Source: an uncultured Candidatus Rokubacteria bacterium
Lineage (GTDB): Bacteria > Methylomirabilota > Methylomirabilia > Rokubacteriales > CSP1-6
Assembly: GCA_963771355.1 (NCBI GenBank)
Contig: CAVYTA010000006.1
Location: 576,001-640,000 of the forward strand
Direction of reading: 5' to 3'
Length of the DNA: 64,000 nt
A program made the position numbers and the translations under genes. This document shows, in pieces, positions 50,529-59,341 of the stretch (position 1 is its first letter; each line of letters opens with the position of its first letter). Below the pieces are notes generated by a model, which was not told the origin of the DNA, searched no databases, and saw nothing but the letters and a program-made list of their open reading frames with translations.

Positions 50529-51155
50529 GTGGCCACCCGGCACTACGTCCCGATCTTTCCGCTCCCCGACCTCGCCTTGTTCCCGAATACCCTGCTGCCG
50601 CTTCACATCTTCGAGCCGCGCTATCGCGCCATGGTCACCGACTCGCTGGCGCGCGATCGGCGTCTGGCCATCGTGGGGCTCAAGCCGGGCTACGAAGGCG
50701 ACTACGCGGGCCGTCCCGCCGTGCACGAGGTGGCGGGGCTGGGGCGCATCGTCAAGTGCGAGCGGATGGCCACCGGCCGCTTCAACATCCTGCTCAAGGG
50801 CGAGATGCGCGTGCGAATCGAGCGCGAGCTGCCCTCCGACACGCTGTACCGCCTGGCGCAGTCAGTGGAGCTCCCGGATGCGGGCGCCGAGCGCGACGCC
50901 GTGCCCTCCCTGCTCGACGAGGTCAAGCGCGCCTGCCGCCGGATCCTGGAGGCGGTGCGGCGGGCGACGCCCGAGATGGAGGAGACGCTGGCCGCCGCCG
51001 CCGCGCCGGGGATCCTGTGCGATCAGGTGGCCTCGGCGGTGATCCCGTCACCGGCGGTGCGTCAGGCGCTCCTGGAGGAGCTCGACGTGGAGCGGCGCCT
51101 GCGCCGCCTGCTGGCCGAGCTCGAGGATCTCCTCCAGCAGCTGAAGGGAACCTGA
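50529..51155 (+). CDS. LON peptidase substrate-binding (N-terminal) domain protein
   Basis: PIFPLP..LFP..LLPLHIFEPRYRAM; no ATPase or protease domain. Confidence 0.88.
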   Translation: MATRHYVPIFPLPDLALFPNTLLPLHIFEPRYRAMVTDSLARDRRLAIVGLKPGYEGDYAGRPAVHEVAGLGRIVKCERMATGRFNILLKGEMRVRIERELPSDTLYRLAQSVELPDAGAERDAVPSLLDEVKRACRRILEAVRRATPEMEETLAAAAAPGILCDQVASAVIPSPAVRQALLEELDVERRLRRLLAELEDLLQQLKGT

Positions 51156-51157
51156 GG

Positions 51158-51874
51158 ATGCGGCGGCCCGCCGGCGTCCTCCTGCTGGCCATGTTCCTGG
51201 CCGTGGTTGTGTGCGTCGTCCTGGCCCCGGCCGGCGCCGCCACGGGGCGGTGGGGCTGGCTGGGCGTGCGGGTGCGCGACCTCTCGGAGCAGGAGATGGC
51301 GGAGATCTCCACTCGTCACGGCATCCGCGAGGGCTTCGGCGCCATGATCGTGGAGGTGCTCCGCGAGACGCCGGCGGAGTCCTCGGGGCTGCGGAGCGGG
51401 GACCTCCTGGTCGCGTTTCGCGACCTCCCGGTGGTGGACACCCGCTCGCTGCTCCGCGTGATCGCGAGCGCGCCGGTGGGAGACACCGTGTCCCTCACCG
51501 TGCTGCGCCTGGGCGAGGGGCGGCGGCGTGTCTCGGTTCGCCTGGGGGCGATGCCGGAGCCGGTGGTCGCCGACCGCGTGGCGGCGGAGTTCGGGCTCTT
51601 CGTGCGGGAGCCCGAGCCCCAGGCCGAACTCGGCGGGGCGCGTCCGTCGGTGGTCCCCGCCGTGTCGGGCGTGCTCCCTGGGAGCCGGGCCGCGCGCGCC
51701 GGGGTCAAGGTCGGTGACGTGCTGGTGGAGGTCAACGGCCGCGCGGTGGTGACCTATGAGGCCCTGCGCGCGGCGCTCCTCTCCGTTCCCGCCGAAGGCC
51801 CGCTGGCCCTGGTGCTCCGTCGCGACGGCGAGCGCCTGAGCGTGACGCTCGAGGGCGGCATCCTGAACCGCTAG
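51158..51874 (+). CDS. Exported tandem-PDZ protein
   Basis: Signal peptide, GWLGV, TPAESSGLRSGD, SRAARAGVKVGD; no protease domain. Confidence 0.82.
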   Translation: MRRPAGVLLLAMFLAVVVCVVLAPAGAATGRWGWLGVRVRDLSEQEMAEISTRHGIREGFGAMIVEVLRETPAESSGLRSGDLLVAFRDLPVVDTRSLLRVIASAPVGDTVSLTVLRLGEGRRRVSVRLGAMPEPVVADRVAAEFGLFVREPEPQAELGGARPSVVPAVSGVLPGSRAARAGVKVGDVLVEVNGRAVVTYEALRAALLSVPAEGPLALVLRRDGERLSVTLEGGILNR

Positions 51875-51886
51875 TGCCAGGGACGG

Positions 51887-52105
51887 GTGGTGGCGGCCCG
51901 GCACAGCAGCAAGCCGCGCTATCTCATCTGGAGCCTGCATCACCTGTTCGCCGACGGGTCGGGCCGCGCCGCCGCCGCCGGGCGCACGGTGGTGGACAGC
52001 CGCCTGGGCAAGGGCGCGCTGAAGCTGGGGCTGGAGATCACGCTGCCGCTGGCGCGCGGGCTCGGCCTCGGCGAGGTCGTGCGGTACAGCATCGTCTGCG
52101 CCTGA
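51887..52105 (+). other. Short ORF, possibly a C-terminal gene remnant
   Basis: 72 aa with coding-like codon bias filling the gap; no recognisable N-terminus. Confidence 0.35.
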
Positions 52106-52138
52106 TCGCCCGTCGCCGCCGGGTATAATGGCGACGGC

Positions 52139-53896
52139 ATGATCGTGCTCGGCATCAGCGAGACCCACTGCGCCACGGCAGCGTTGCTGCGCGACGGGCG
52201 CATCATCGGGTGCGCGTCGGAGGAGCGGTTCTCGCGGCTCAAGAACGACGCGGGCTATCCGCGCCTCGCGGTGGACGCGTTGCTGCAGGAGACCGGGGTC
52301 GCCCCCGCCGAGATCGACCTGGTGGCGCTGGCGGGCGCCCGGGCCGCCGCGAAGGAGTGGCTGAACCGGGTCCTGCACGATCCCGACTACATCCGCGAGT
52401 ACTACGGCGTCGCGTGGCCGTCTCCCCGCCGTGCGCTCGGGAAACGGGTTCGCAAGTGGGGCGCCAGGTTCGGTCTCATGGACGCCTCCCGGGGCAAGTT
52501 CGGCGTTCCTCAGGACGTGCGCCTGGCCGAGGTCGCGGGTCACCTGGGCCTCCCGACCTCCCGCATCGTCTGCCTGGACCATCACCGCTGCCATGCCGCC
52601 GCCGCCTACTTCGGATCCGGCTTCGGCGGGCGTGAGGCGCTCGTCCTCACCAACGACAACTCCGGGGACGGTCTCTGTGCCACCGCCTCCACCGGACGCG
52701 GGCTCGCCCTCGAGCGGCACGAGGCCAGCTCCAGCGCGCCGGGCTCCCTCGGCGCCTTCTACTCCTTCGCCACGCTCGCGCTGGGCATGAAGTTCGGCGA
52801 GCACGAGTACAAGGTGATGGGCATGGCTCCCTATGCGTCGGCCCCCTGGGCGGAGCGGGCCACCCAGGCCCTCCGCGCGGTATTCGCGCTCGAAGAGAGC
52901 CGGCCCGCGCGCTTTCGCTGGACCCAGGCGGGCGAGCGCTACGCGCTCTTGCTCCGGGCCACCCTGGGGCTCCGCTTCGACGCGGTGGCGGCGGGCGCCC
53001 AGCAGCTGCTGGAGGAGACGCTGGTGCGGTGGTGCGCGCTCATGCACGAGCGCTACGGCGGTGGGCGGGTGGCGCTGGGCGGCGGCGTGTTCATGAACGT
53101 CAAGGCCAATATGCGGCTCGCGCGCGAGGACTGGGTGGAGGAGCTCTTCGCCTTCCCGTCCTGCGGCGACGAGTCGAACGCGGTGGGCGCGGCCTACCTG
53201 GGGTACGTGGACGAGTGCGCGCGCCGCGGCGGGCCCGCGCGGCCGGAGCCCTTCGGGCCCGCCTATCTCGGGACCTCGGTGACCGACGCGGAGACGGAGG
53301 CGGTGATCCGCGAGCGCGACCTCCGCTCCCGCTACAAGGTCGCCTTCCACGACCGCATCGAGGAGCGCGTGGCCGAGCTGCTCGTCTCCGACGGGGTGGT
53401 GGCGCGCTGCGCGGGACGCATGGAGTTCGGAGCCCGCGCGCTCGGGAACCGGTCCATCCTCGCCAACCCCACCGACCATCGGGTGGTGGGGCTGATCAAC
53501 CGGATGATCAAGAACCGGGACTTCTGGATGCCGTTCGCTCCCACCGTGCTGGCCGAGCGCGCCGACGACTACCTGGTCAATCCCAAGGGGCTCGCCTCGC
53601 CCTACATGATGCTGGCCATGGACACCAAGCCGGCGGCGCGGGACGCCCTGGCGGCCGCGCTCCACCCCCACGACGCCACCGCGCGGCCGCAGATCCTCGA
53701 GGAGGAGTGGAATCCGGAGTACCACGCGCTCATCCGCGCCTTCCAGAGCCGTACCGGAGTGGGCGCGGTGCTGAACACCTCGTTCAACCTTCACGGGGAG
53801 CCCATCGTGTGCACCGCCGCCGACGCGGTGGACACCTTCGAGCGCTCGGGCCTCCAGCACCTCGCCGTCGGCCACTGGCTGATCTCGAAGCGCTGA
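52139..53896 (+). CDS. Carbamoyltransferase, NodU/CmcH family
   Basis: EERFSRLK, HHRCHAAAAY, EYKVMGMA, GGVFMNVKAN, EFGARALGNRS, LNTSFNLHGEP. Confidence 0.93.
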   Translation: MIVLGISETHCATAALLRDGRIIGCASEERFSRLKNDAGYPRLAVDALLQETGVAPAEIDLVALAGARAAAKEWLNRVLHDPDYIREYYGVAWPSPRRALGKRVRKWGARFGLMDASRGKFGVPQDVRLAEVAGHLGLPTSRIVCLDHHRCHAAAAYFGSGFGGREALVLTNDNSGDGLCATASTGRGLALERHEASSSAPGSLGAFYSFATLALGMKFGEHEYKVMGMAPYASAPWAERATQALRAVFALEESRPARFRWTQAGERYALLLRATLGLRFDAVAAGAQQLLEETLVRWCALMHERYGGGRVALGGGVFMNVKANMRLAREDWVEELFAFPSCGDESNAVGAAYLGYVDECARRGGPARPEPFGPAYLGTSVTDAETEAVIRERDLRSRYKVAFHDRIEERVAELLVSDGVVARCAGRMEFGARALGNRSILANPTDHRVVGLINRMIKNRDFWMPFAPTVLAERADDYLVNPKGLASPYMMLAMDTKPAARDALAAALHPHDATARPQILEEEWNPEYHALIRAFQSRTGVGAVLNTSFNLHGEPIVCTAADAVDTFERSGLQHLAVGHWLISKR

Positions 53897-53897
53897 G

Positions 53898-54842
53898 CTA
53901 GTAGCCCCGTCGGCGGTCCGCCACGTGGCGGAGCGGTCGGTTCGTCAGATAGCGCCGGAGATTGTCCTGGAAGATCGGCGTGATCTCCTTGGGTGTGCTG
54001 GGGCCCGAGATGTGCGGCGTGATCACCGCGTTGTCGAGCGCCCAGAGGGGATGGGCGGCGGGGAGCGGCTCCTCGGCGAAGACGTCGAGCACCGCGCCGC
54101 CGATGCGCCGCTCGCGCAGCGCGGACACCAGGGCCGCCTCGTCCACCACCGCGCCCCGGGCGATGTTGATGAGCCACGCGCCGGGCTTCATGGCCGCGAG
54201 GGCGGCGGCGTCGATCAGCCCGCAGGTGGCGTCGGTCAGGGGCACGGTGAGCACCACGAAGTCGGCGGCGGCGAGGGCGCGGGGGAGCGCAGCCGTCCGC
54301 AGCACCCGGTGGGCCTCGCGCACCCGTCGGCCGCTCCGGCTGACCCCCACCACCTCCATGCCGAGGGCGCGCGCGGCGCGGGCGATGGCCCGGCCGATAT
54401 CGCCCAGGCCCACCACGCAAAGGGTGGCGCCGCGAAGTCGCGTGGGATTGACCTCCCGCCACTCCCGCGTCCGCTGCTGCGCCCGGAAGCGCTCCATCTT
54501 CTGCGTGGTCCACAGCGCCCATCCCAGCGTGTACTCGGCCATCCACGGCCCGAAGATGCCGGCGACACGGGTCAGGATGACATCGGAGGCCAGCTCGGGC
54601 ACGAGGAAGCGTTCCACCCCCGCGCCCATGTTCTGGATCCAGCGGAGCCGCGGCGCGCGGCCCAGCAGCGAGCGCGGGAAGTTCCACGCGTACAGAATCT
54701 CCGTCTCCTCGATCAGGCGGGCCGCCTCCGCCTCGTTCGACGAGACGGCGAGCTCGAGGCCGCGGCGGGGGAGCCGGACGAGGCGCGCATAGTCCGCGGC
54801 CTCCTCGGGGTGATGGACGAGGATGCGCCGGCGGGCCCTCAC
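53898..54842 (-). CDS. D-2-hydroxyacid dehydrogenase (GhrA-like)
   Basis: GAGVE, VVGLGDIG, INIARG, LDVFAEEPLP, TPHISG; GTG start overlaps epimerase stop. Confidence 0.92.
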   Translation of the reverse strand: MRARRRILVHHPEEAADYARLVRLPRRGLELAVSSNEAEAARLIEETEILYAWNFPRSLLGRAPRLRWIQNMGAGVERFLVPELASDVILTRVAGIFGPWMAEYTLGWALWTTQKMERFRAQQRTREWREVNPTRLRGATLCVVGLGDIGRAIARAARALGMEVVGVSRSGRRVREAHRVLRTAALPRALAAADFVVLTVPLTDATCGLIDAAALAAMKPGAWLINIARGAVVDEAALVSALRERRIGGAVLDVFAEEPLPAAHPLWALDNAVITPHISGPSTPKEITPIFQDNLRRYLTNRPLRHVADRRRGY

Positions 54843-55807
54843 GCGCCGAGCTTGGCGAGGAGCGCGTCCTCGAACGTGGTATCGAGCGGCCGGTCGAGGG
54901 TGCCCAGCCCTCGGTACCACTCCCACGTCTGGCGCAGGCCGCCCGCCAGCGTATAGGCCGGGCGGATGCCCAGCTCGGTGCGCAGCTTGCCGGTGGTGTG
55001 CACCGCGTGGCAGTCGTACACGAGGTTCTGCCCGAAGAACGGACCCGGCTTGTCGAAGGCCTTGAGGAGGGCGGGATCGAAGTGCCGCAGGGTGACCGGG
55101 CGTCCCATCACCTCGGCGATGAGCTCCACGAACCCCACCTGGGTCACCACGTCGTCACCCATGACGTTGTAAGCCTGGCCGTGCGTGCGCGGATCGCCCA
55201 GCATGGCGGCCATCGCGTCCCCGAGGTCCGCGACGTGGCCGAACTGTCGCAGCCAGCCGCCGTCGCCGGGGACGAGGACGGGGCGGCCCCGCGCGATGCG
55301 GTCCATGAAGAAGGTCTCGTTGTTGCGCGTGTTGAGCGGGCCCATGACGTGGGTGGGCCGCACGATGGTCACCGGCCAGCCCTCACGTCGATGGCGCTCC
55401 AGGAGCGCGTCCTCGCCGCCGATCTTGTGGCGCGCGTAGTCCCCCCAGTACAAGCTCCGCGGCGTCGTCTCGGAGTAGGGGATGGGCAGGCCGTGGTCGT
55501 ACACGCGGCAGGTAGAGACGAACAGCGCGTGGGGCCGGCCACGAAGCGCGCGGAGCAGCGCTTCCACGTCCTCGCCCAGCGTCGGCGCGTAGGTGACGTC
55601 CACCACCGCGTCGTAGGCCTCGCCGCCGAGCAGGCCTGGGAGGGCGGCGTGATCCTTGCGATCACCCACGATGGTGCGCACGCCGGCGGGAAGGGAGCCT
55701 CCGCGCCGGCCGCGGTTGAACACGGTGACCTCGTGGTGGCGGCGGCGCAGCGACTCCACGAGATGCCGGCTGATGAATTCCGTCCCGCCCATGACGAGGG
55801 TCCGCAT
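54839..55807 (-). CDS. NAD-dependent epimerase/dehydratase family protein
   Basis: MGGTEFIS, FNRG, YARHK (YxxxK), RPTHVMGP, HVADL. Confidence 0.88.
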   Translation of the reverse strand: MRTLVMGGTEFISRHLVESLRRRHHEVTVFNRGRRGGSLPAGVRTIVGDRKDHAALPGLLGGEAYDAVVDVTYAPTLGEDVEALLRALRGRPHALFVSTCRVYDHGLPIPYSETTPRSLYWGDYARHKIGGEDALLERHRREGWPVTIVRPTHVMGPLNTRNNETFFMDRIARGRPVLVPGDGGWLRQFGHVADLGDAMAAMLGDPRTHGQAYNVMGDDVVTQVGFVELIAEVMGRPVTLRHFDPALLKAFDKPGPFFGQNLVYDCHAVHTTGKLRTELGIRPAYTLAGGLRQTWEWYRGLGTLDRPLDTTFEDALLAKLGA

Positions 55808-55852
55808 GACGCGGGGATTCTAGCACAGCGACGCGAGGACGCCCGCCGCGCC

Positions 55853-56098
55853 TCAGCCGATGGACACCGCCACGCAGGTGGTGGTACGGGTCACCCCGTC
55901 GATGACCCCGATGGACTCGGTGACCAGGTTGCCGATGGCGTCGAGCGAGGAGCCGTCCACCACCGCGATGAAGTCGTAGGGCCCGGTGACGGCGTCCATC
56001 GCGATCACGGTGGCGCGGGCGCCCTTCACCTTGGCGAGCGCCTTCTTCACCGACTTGGTCTTGCCGGCCGCGGTCTCGATCAGCACGTACGCTTTCAT
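55853..56098 (-). CDS. Stand-alone Lrp/AsnC ligand-binding domain protein
   Basis: MKAYVLIE, VTGPYDFIA, IDGVTRTTTC; SD GAGGAG. Confidence 0.88.
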   Translation of the reverse strand: MKAYVLIETAAGKTKSVKKALAKVKGARATVIAMDAVTGPYDFIAVVDGSSLDAIGNLVTESIGVIDGVTRTTTCVAVSIG

Positions 56099-56138
56099 GT
56101 CGCTTCTCCTCTTGTCGATGCGGGTTGCCGCCGGCGGG

Positions 56139-57068
56139 TCAGCGGCGGGACCGCCGGGAGTGCCACCAGAGTGCCAGTGCCCCCGTCGCCGCGGCGCCCG
56201 CCGCCGCCCGCCAGAAGTTGGTGCGCAGCGGGGGCACCATCCAGAAGGGCGAGCGGCGCTGCGCCGGTCGCAGCCGGCCGTCGAGGAGCGCCTCCACCAG
56301 CCCGAGGCCCTCGGTGAGCAGGACCTCGACGGTGGCACGCGCGAAGGCAGGGTCGGCCAGGGCGGGATGTCCCACGTAACCCTGGCCGCCGTTGCGCAGC
56401 GGGAAATTCGGGACGAGGCGCCGCGGCAGGGAGTAGCGCGCGGGCGGCAGGGTCCGGAAGCCCTCGTCCACCAGATCGGGTCGCAGCCACAGCATGAAGG
56501 AGGTTTCCCAGAGCCCGCCGTGCATGTCGTCGGCGAAGGCGCGTCGCTCGTCCTCCGTGAGCGGACGTTCCAGGGCGGCCACGATGCGCGGCAGGAGGCG
56601 ACCCCGCAAGAACTCCCAGGCGAGGTAGCCCGTGAGCGAGGCCATGGTGACGCCGTGCCGGCGGGAGACCGCCGCCGCCGCCTCCTCGAGGGCGACGAGG
56701 TGACCGGGTCCCCCATGCCCGTTGGCGATGAAGATCCAGCGGAAGCCGGCGCGCGCGAGGGAGGCCCCGTAGTCCAGGACCGCGTCGCGCACCACGCGCT
56801 GCCGGATCCGGATGGTGCCCGGCGCGTCGAAGGTGAAGGAGCCCAGGTGCAGGGTGGGGGCGAGCACCGCGGTCCAGCCCGGACGGGCGGCGACCAGGCG
56901 CTGGGCCAGCCCTTCGGCGAAGTGGCGTGCGGCGTAGGCGTCCACCCCGAGGGGCAGATGCGGCCCATGCTCCTCGATCGGGCTCACGGTCAGCACCACC
57001 ACGGTCCGGTCGCGGTCCAGCGCGTCGAGCGCCGAGGTGGACATCTCTTCCAGGAGTCGAACGCTCAA
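56139..57068 (-). CDS. Creatininase-family amidohydrolase with C-terminal hydrophobic tail
   Basis: PIEEHGPHLPLGVD, NGHGG, HGGLWETS; TTG start overlaps the stop of the upstream acyltransferase. Confidence 0.85.
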   Translation of the reverse strand: MSVRLLEEMSTSALDALDRDRTVVVLTVSPIEEHGPHLPLGVDAYAARHFAEGLAQRLVAARPGWTAVLAPTLHLGSFTFDAPGTIRIRQRVVRDAVLDYGASLARAGFRWIFIANGHGGPGHLVALEEAAAAVSRRHGVTMASLTGYLAWEFLRGRLLPRIVAALERPLTEDERRAFADDMHGGLWETSFMLWLRPDLVDEGFRTLPPARYSLPRRLVPNFPLRNGGQGYVGHPALADPAFARATVEVLLTEGLGLVEALLDGRLRPAQRRSPFWMVPPLRTNFWRAAAGAAATGALALWWHSRRSRR

Positions 57069-58513
57069 AAGGTGCTCCCCTGGGTGGCGGCGAGGTAGTC
57101 GTTCTTGGCCCGCTCCAGCTCGACGATGATGTCCTGACGCGCGTCCAGGAGCCGGGACGCGGACTGGCGCCGCACCAGGGCCATCGTCCCGAGGCGGATC
57201 TGGCTGCGCAGCCGCCCGAGGCCGCCGAGATAGCGGTAGGCGAGGAGCCCCGAGAGCGGAAGGGACACCGCGAAGAGGGCCGCCCAGGCGGGTCCGGTCA
57301 GCCACCACACCAGCCAGGTCTCGAGGCTCCAGAACAGCGGGATGGCCACCATGCTGGAAAGGAACCGCGTGGTGGCGTAGTCCGTCTCCTTCCTCGAGAA
57401 GCGCCGGCTGATCCAGCGCGGCAGGAAATACGGAAGCCCGTTCACGACCACGCCATAGAGGAAGAACGGGAAGGCCAGGGACGCCCGGGAGCCGCGGCCG
57501 AGCCGGGTGCGGAGCCGGGGACGCGCCAGACGCGCGCGCACCGCCTCGTCCCGCACGCGGTAGTCGTGCAGGAGGGCGCGATAGCCCTGGATGCGCTGCC
57601 AGAGGGCCTCCACCCGCTCGGGCTCGCGCTCCGCGAAGTACTGGGCGGCCTCGGCGATGGCGCGCGAGAGCCGGATGGTGTCGATCTGGCGGAGGGCGAG
57701 CCCGCGCTCCTCGTGGAGCTCGCGCACGAGCTCACCCCGGTAGAGGTCTTCCACCGCGCGGATGAGCGAGGCGGTGTCCAGCCGGCGCACGTTGACCACC
57801 TGTGCCTCCATCTCGTACTGGATGGTGGTGGTGAGCGCGTCCACCGCCGCGGGCGCGTCGTGCTGATAGCGGTCGCCATAGGCGCCGAGTGCGATGGGCT
57901 CGCCGAAGGACACCAGCACCCGGGCCCGGAAGGACTTGCGGGCCTCGAACGTCAGTCCGAGGGGTACCAGCGCCAGCGGCTCGCCGCCCGGCCCGTCCCC
58001 CTGCGCGCGCCGCGCTTCGTATTCGAGCGCGATCCGCGCCGCGCCGGTCTTGATGCGCTGGACGCGCGGCTCGGCGTGGGTGGTCCCCTCCGGATAGATG
58101 CCGATGAGCCCGCCCGCGGTCAGGGTGCGAAAGCAGGCGGAGAAGGCGTCCACGTTGCGCTCCGCGCCCACCACGCCCACGCCGTCGCGGGCCACCGGCT
58201 CGTCCTGCTTGCGGTAGACCGGGATGGCGCCGCAGGCGAGCAGGAAGCGGGCCACCAGGGGATTCCGGAACAGCGCGGCGGTGGCGAGAAAATGGACCTC
58301 GCGGCGGAGGACGGCGGCGACCAGCAGGGAGTCGATGAGGTTGTTCGGGTGGTTGATGCAGAGAAGCACGGGGCCGGTGGCGGGCACGCGCTCGCGGTAC
58401 CGCACGTCCACCGCCTTGAACAGGAACCAGATCCAGAAGCGTCCGATCGCGCGCGCCACCGCGTACGGCACTCCCATGGACTCGCGGGACTCGCGCGCGG
58501 CCGGGTCGGCCAT
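57065..58513 (-). CDS. PlsC-like phospholipid acyltransferase with C-terminal TM helices
   Basis: NHPNNLID (HxxxxD), IPVYR, IYPEGT, KTGAARIAL. Confidence 0.88.
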   Translation of the reverse strand: MADPAARESRESMGVPYAVARAIGRFWIWFLFKAVDVRYRERVPATGPVLLCINHPNNLIDSLLVAAVLRREVHFLATAALFRNPLVARFLLACGAIPVYRKQDEPVARDGVGVVGAERNVDAFSACFRTLTAGGLIGIYPEGTTHAEPRVQRIKTGAARIALEYEARRAQGDGPGGEPLALVPLGLTFEARKSFRARVLVSFGEPIALGAYGDRYQHDAPAAVDALTTTIQYEMEAQVVNVRRLDTASLIRAVEDLYRGELVRELHEERGLALRQIDTIRLSRAIAEAAQYFAEREPERVEALWQRIQGYRALLHDYRVRDEAVRARLARPRLRTRLGRGSRASLAFPFFLYGVVVNGLPYFLPRWISRRFSRKETDYATTRFLSSMVAIPLFWSLETWLVWWLTGPAWAALFAVSLPLSGLLAYRYLGGLGRLRSQIRLGTMALVRRQSASRLLDARQDIIVELERAKNDYLAATQGSTF

Positions 58514-58521
58514 CCGGGCGC

Positions 58522-58863
58522 TCAGCGCGTCTGGGGCTCGATCACCACCGCGGTGCCGTAGGCCAGCACCTCGGTGACGCCCTGGGCGATCTCGTTGGCG
58601 TCGTAGCGCATGCCGATGATGGCGTTGGCCCCCACCTGCGCGCCATGCTGGACCATGAGGTCGAAGGCCTCCTCGCGCGCGCGCTCGCAGAGCTCGGTGT
58701 AGAGCGTGATGTTCCCGCCGAAGAGGGTCTGGATGGAGGCGCCCAAGCTGCCGATGACGCTGCGCGAGCGCACGATGATGCCGCGGACCACGCCCCGGTT
58801 GGCGGTGATCCGGTAGCCCTCGAACCCGAACGCGGTGGTGACCCACTGCGACTGGATGGGCAT
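58522..58863 (-). CDS. YbjQ (UPF0145) family protein
   Basis: [38 protein letters not shown]. Confidence 0.92.
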   Translation of the reverse strand: MPIQSQWVTTAFGFEGYRITANRGVVRGIIVRSRSVIGSLGASIQTLFGGNITLYTELCERAREEAFDLMVQHGAQVGANAIIGMRYDANEIAQGVTEVLAYGTAVVIEPQTR

Positions 58864-58865
58864 GC

Positions 58866-59279
58866 CTAGTCCAGCACCGCGACCGCTTCGATCTCGATGG
58901 CGCAGCCCCGGTCGGCGTCGTAGAGGCCCTTGACCTCGAGGAAGGTCATCGCTGGGTAGTGCCGCCCGAAGTACTCGCGGTACACGCCGCCGATCTCGCG
59001 CGCCCGGGCCTTGTAGTCGGCGGTGGACAGCACGTACACGGTGAGCTTGACGATGTCGGTGAGCTGGCCACCCCGGGCGCCCACCGCGGCGCGGAGGTTC
59101 TCGCAGACCTGGCGGAACTGGGCGGCCAGGTCGCCGGGGCCCACCAGGGTGCCCTCCCGGTCGAGCGCGACCTGGCCGGCGATGTAGAGGGTCTTACCCC
59201 CCTGGACCTCATAGGCATGCGAGTACCCGTGGGGCTTCATGAGCGCGGGCGGATTGACGGCTTCGAGGATCTTGTACAT
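58866..59279 (-). CDS. RidA/YjgF-family protein
   Basis: [24 protein letters not shown]. Confidence 0.9.
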   Translation of the reverse strand: MYKILEAVNPPALMKPHGYSHAYEVQGGKTLYIAGQVALDREGTLVGPGDLAAQFRQVCENLRAAVGARGGQLTDIVKLTVYVLSTADYKARAREIGGVYREYFGRHYPAMTFLEVKGLYDADRGCAIEIEAVAVLD

Positions 59280-59341
59280 CGGCGCCTCCCGGCGGTCTGC
59301 GTTGATGGGTGTCCGGCCGCGCGATTATACTACCCGCGCGC

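Noticed and set aside
44750..55807. DegT aminotransferase, GT4, carbamoyltransferase and epimerase as a secondary-metabolite cluster
   Set aside because: Mixed strands, interleaved with housekeeping genes, no scaffold synthase; linkage to MsbA fits envelope glycan modification better
56139..57068. Creatininase homologue as mycofactocin peptidase MftE
   Set aside because: No mftA, mftB, mftC or mftD nearby
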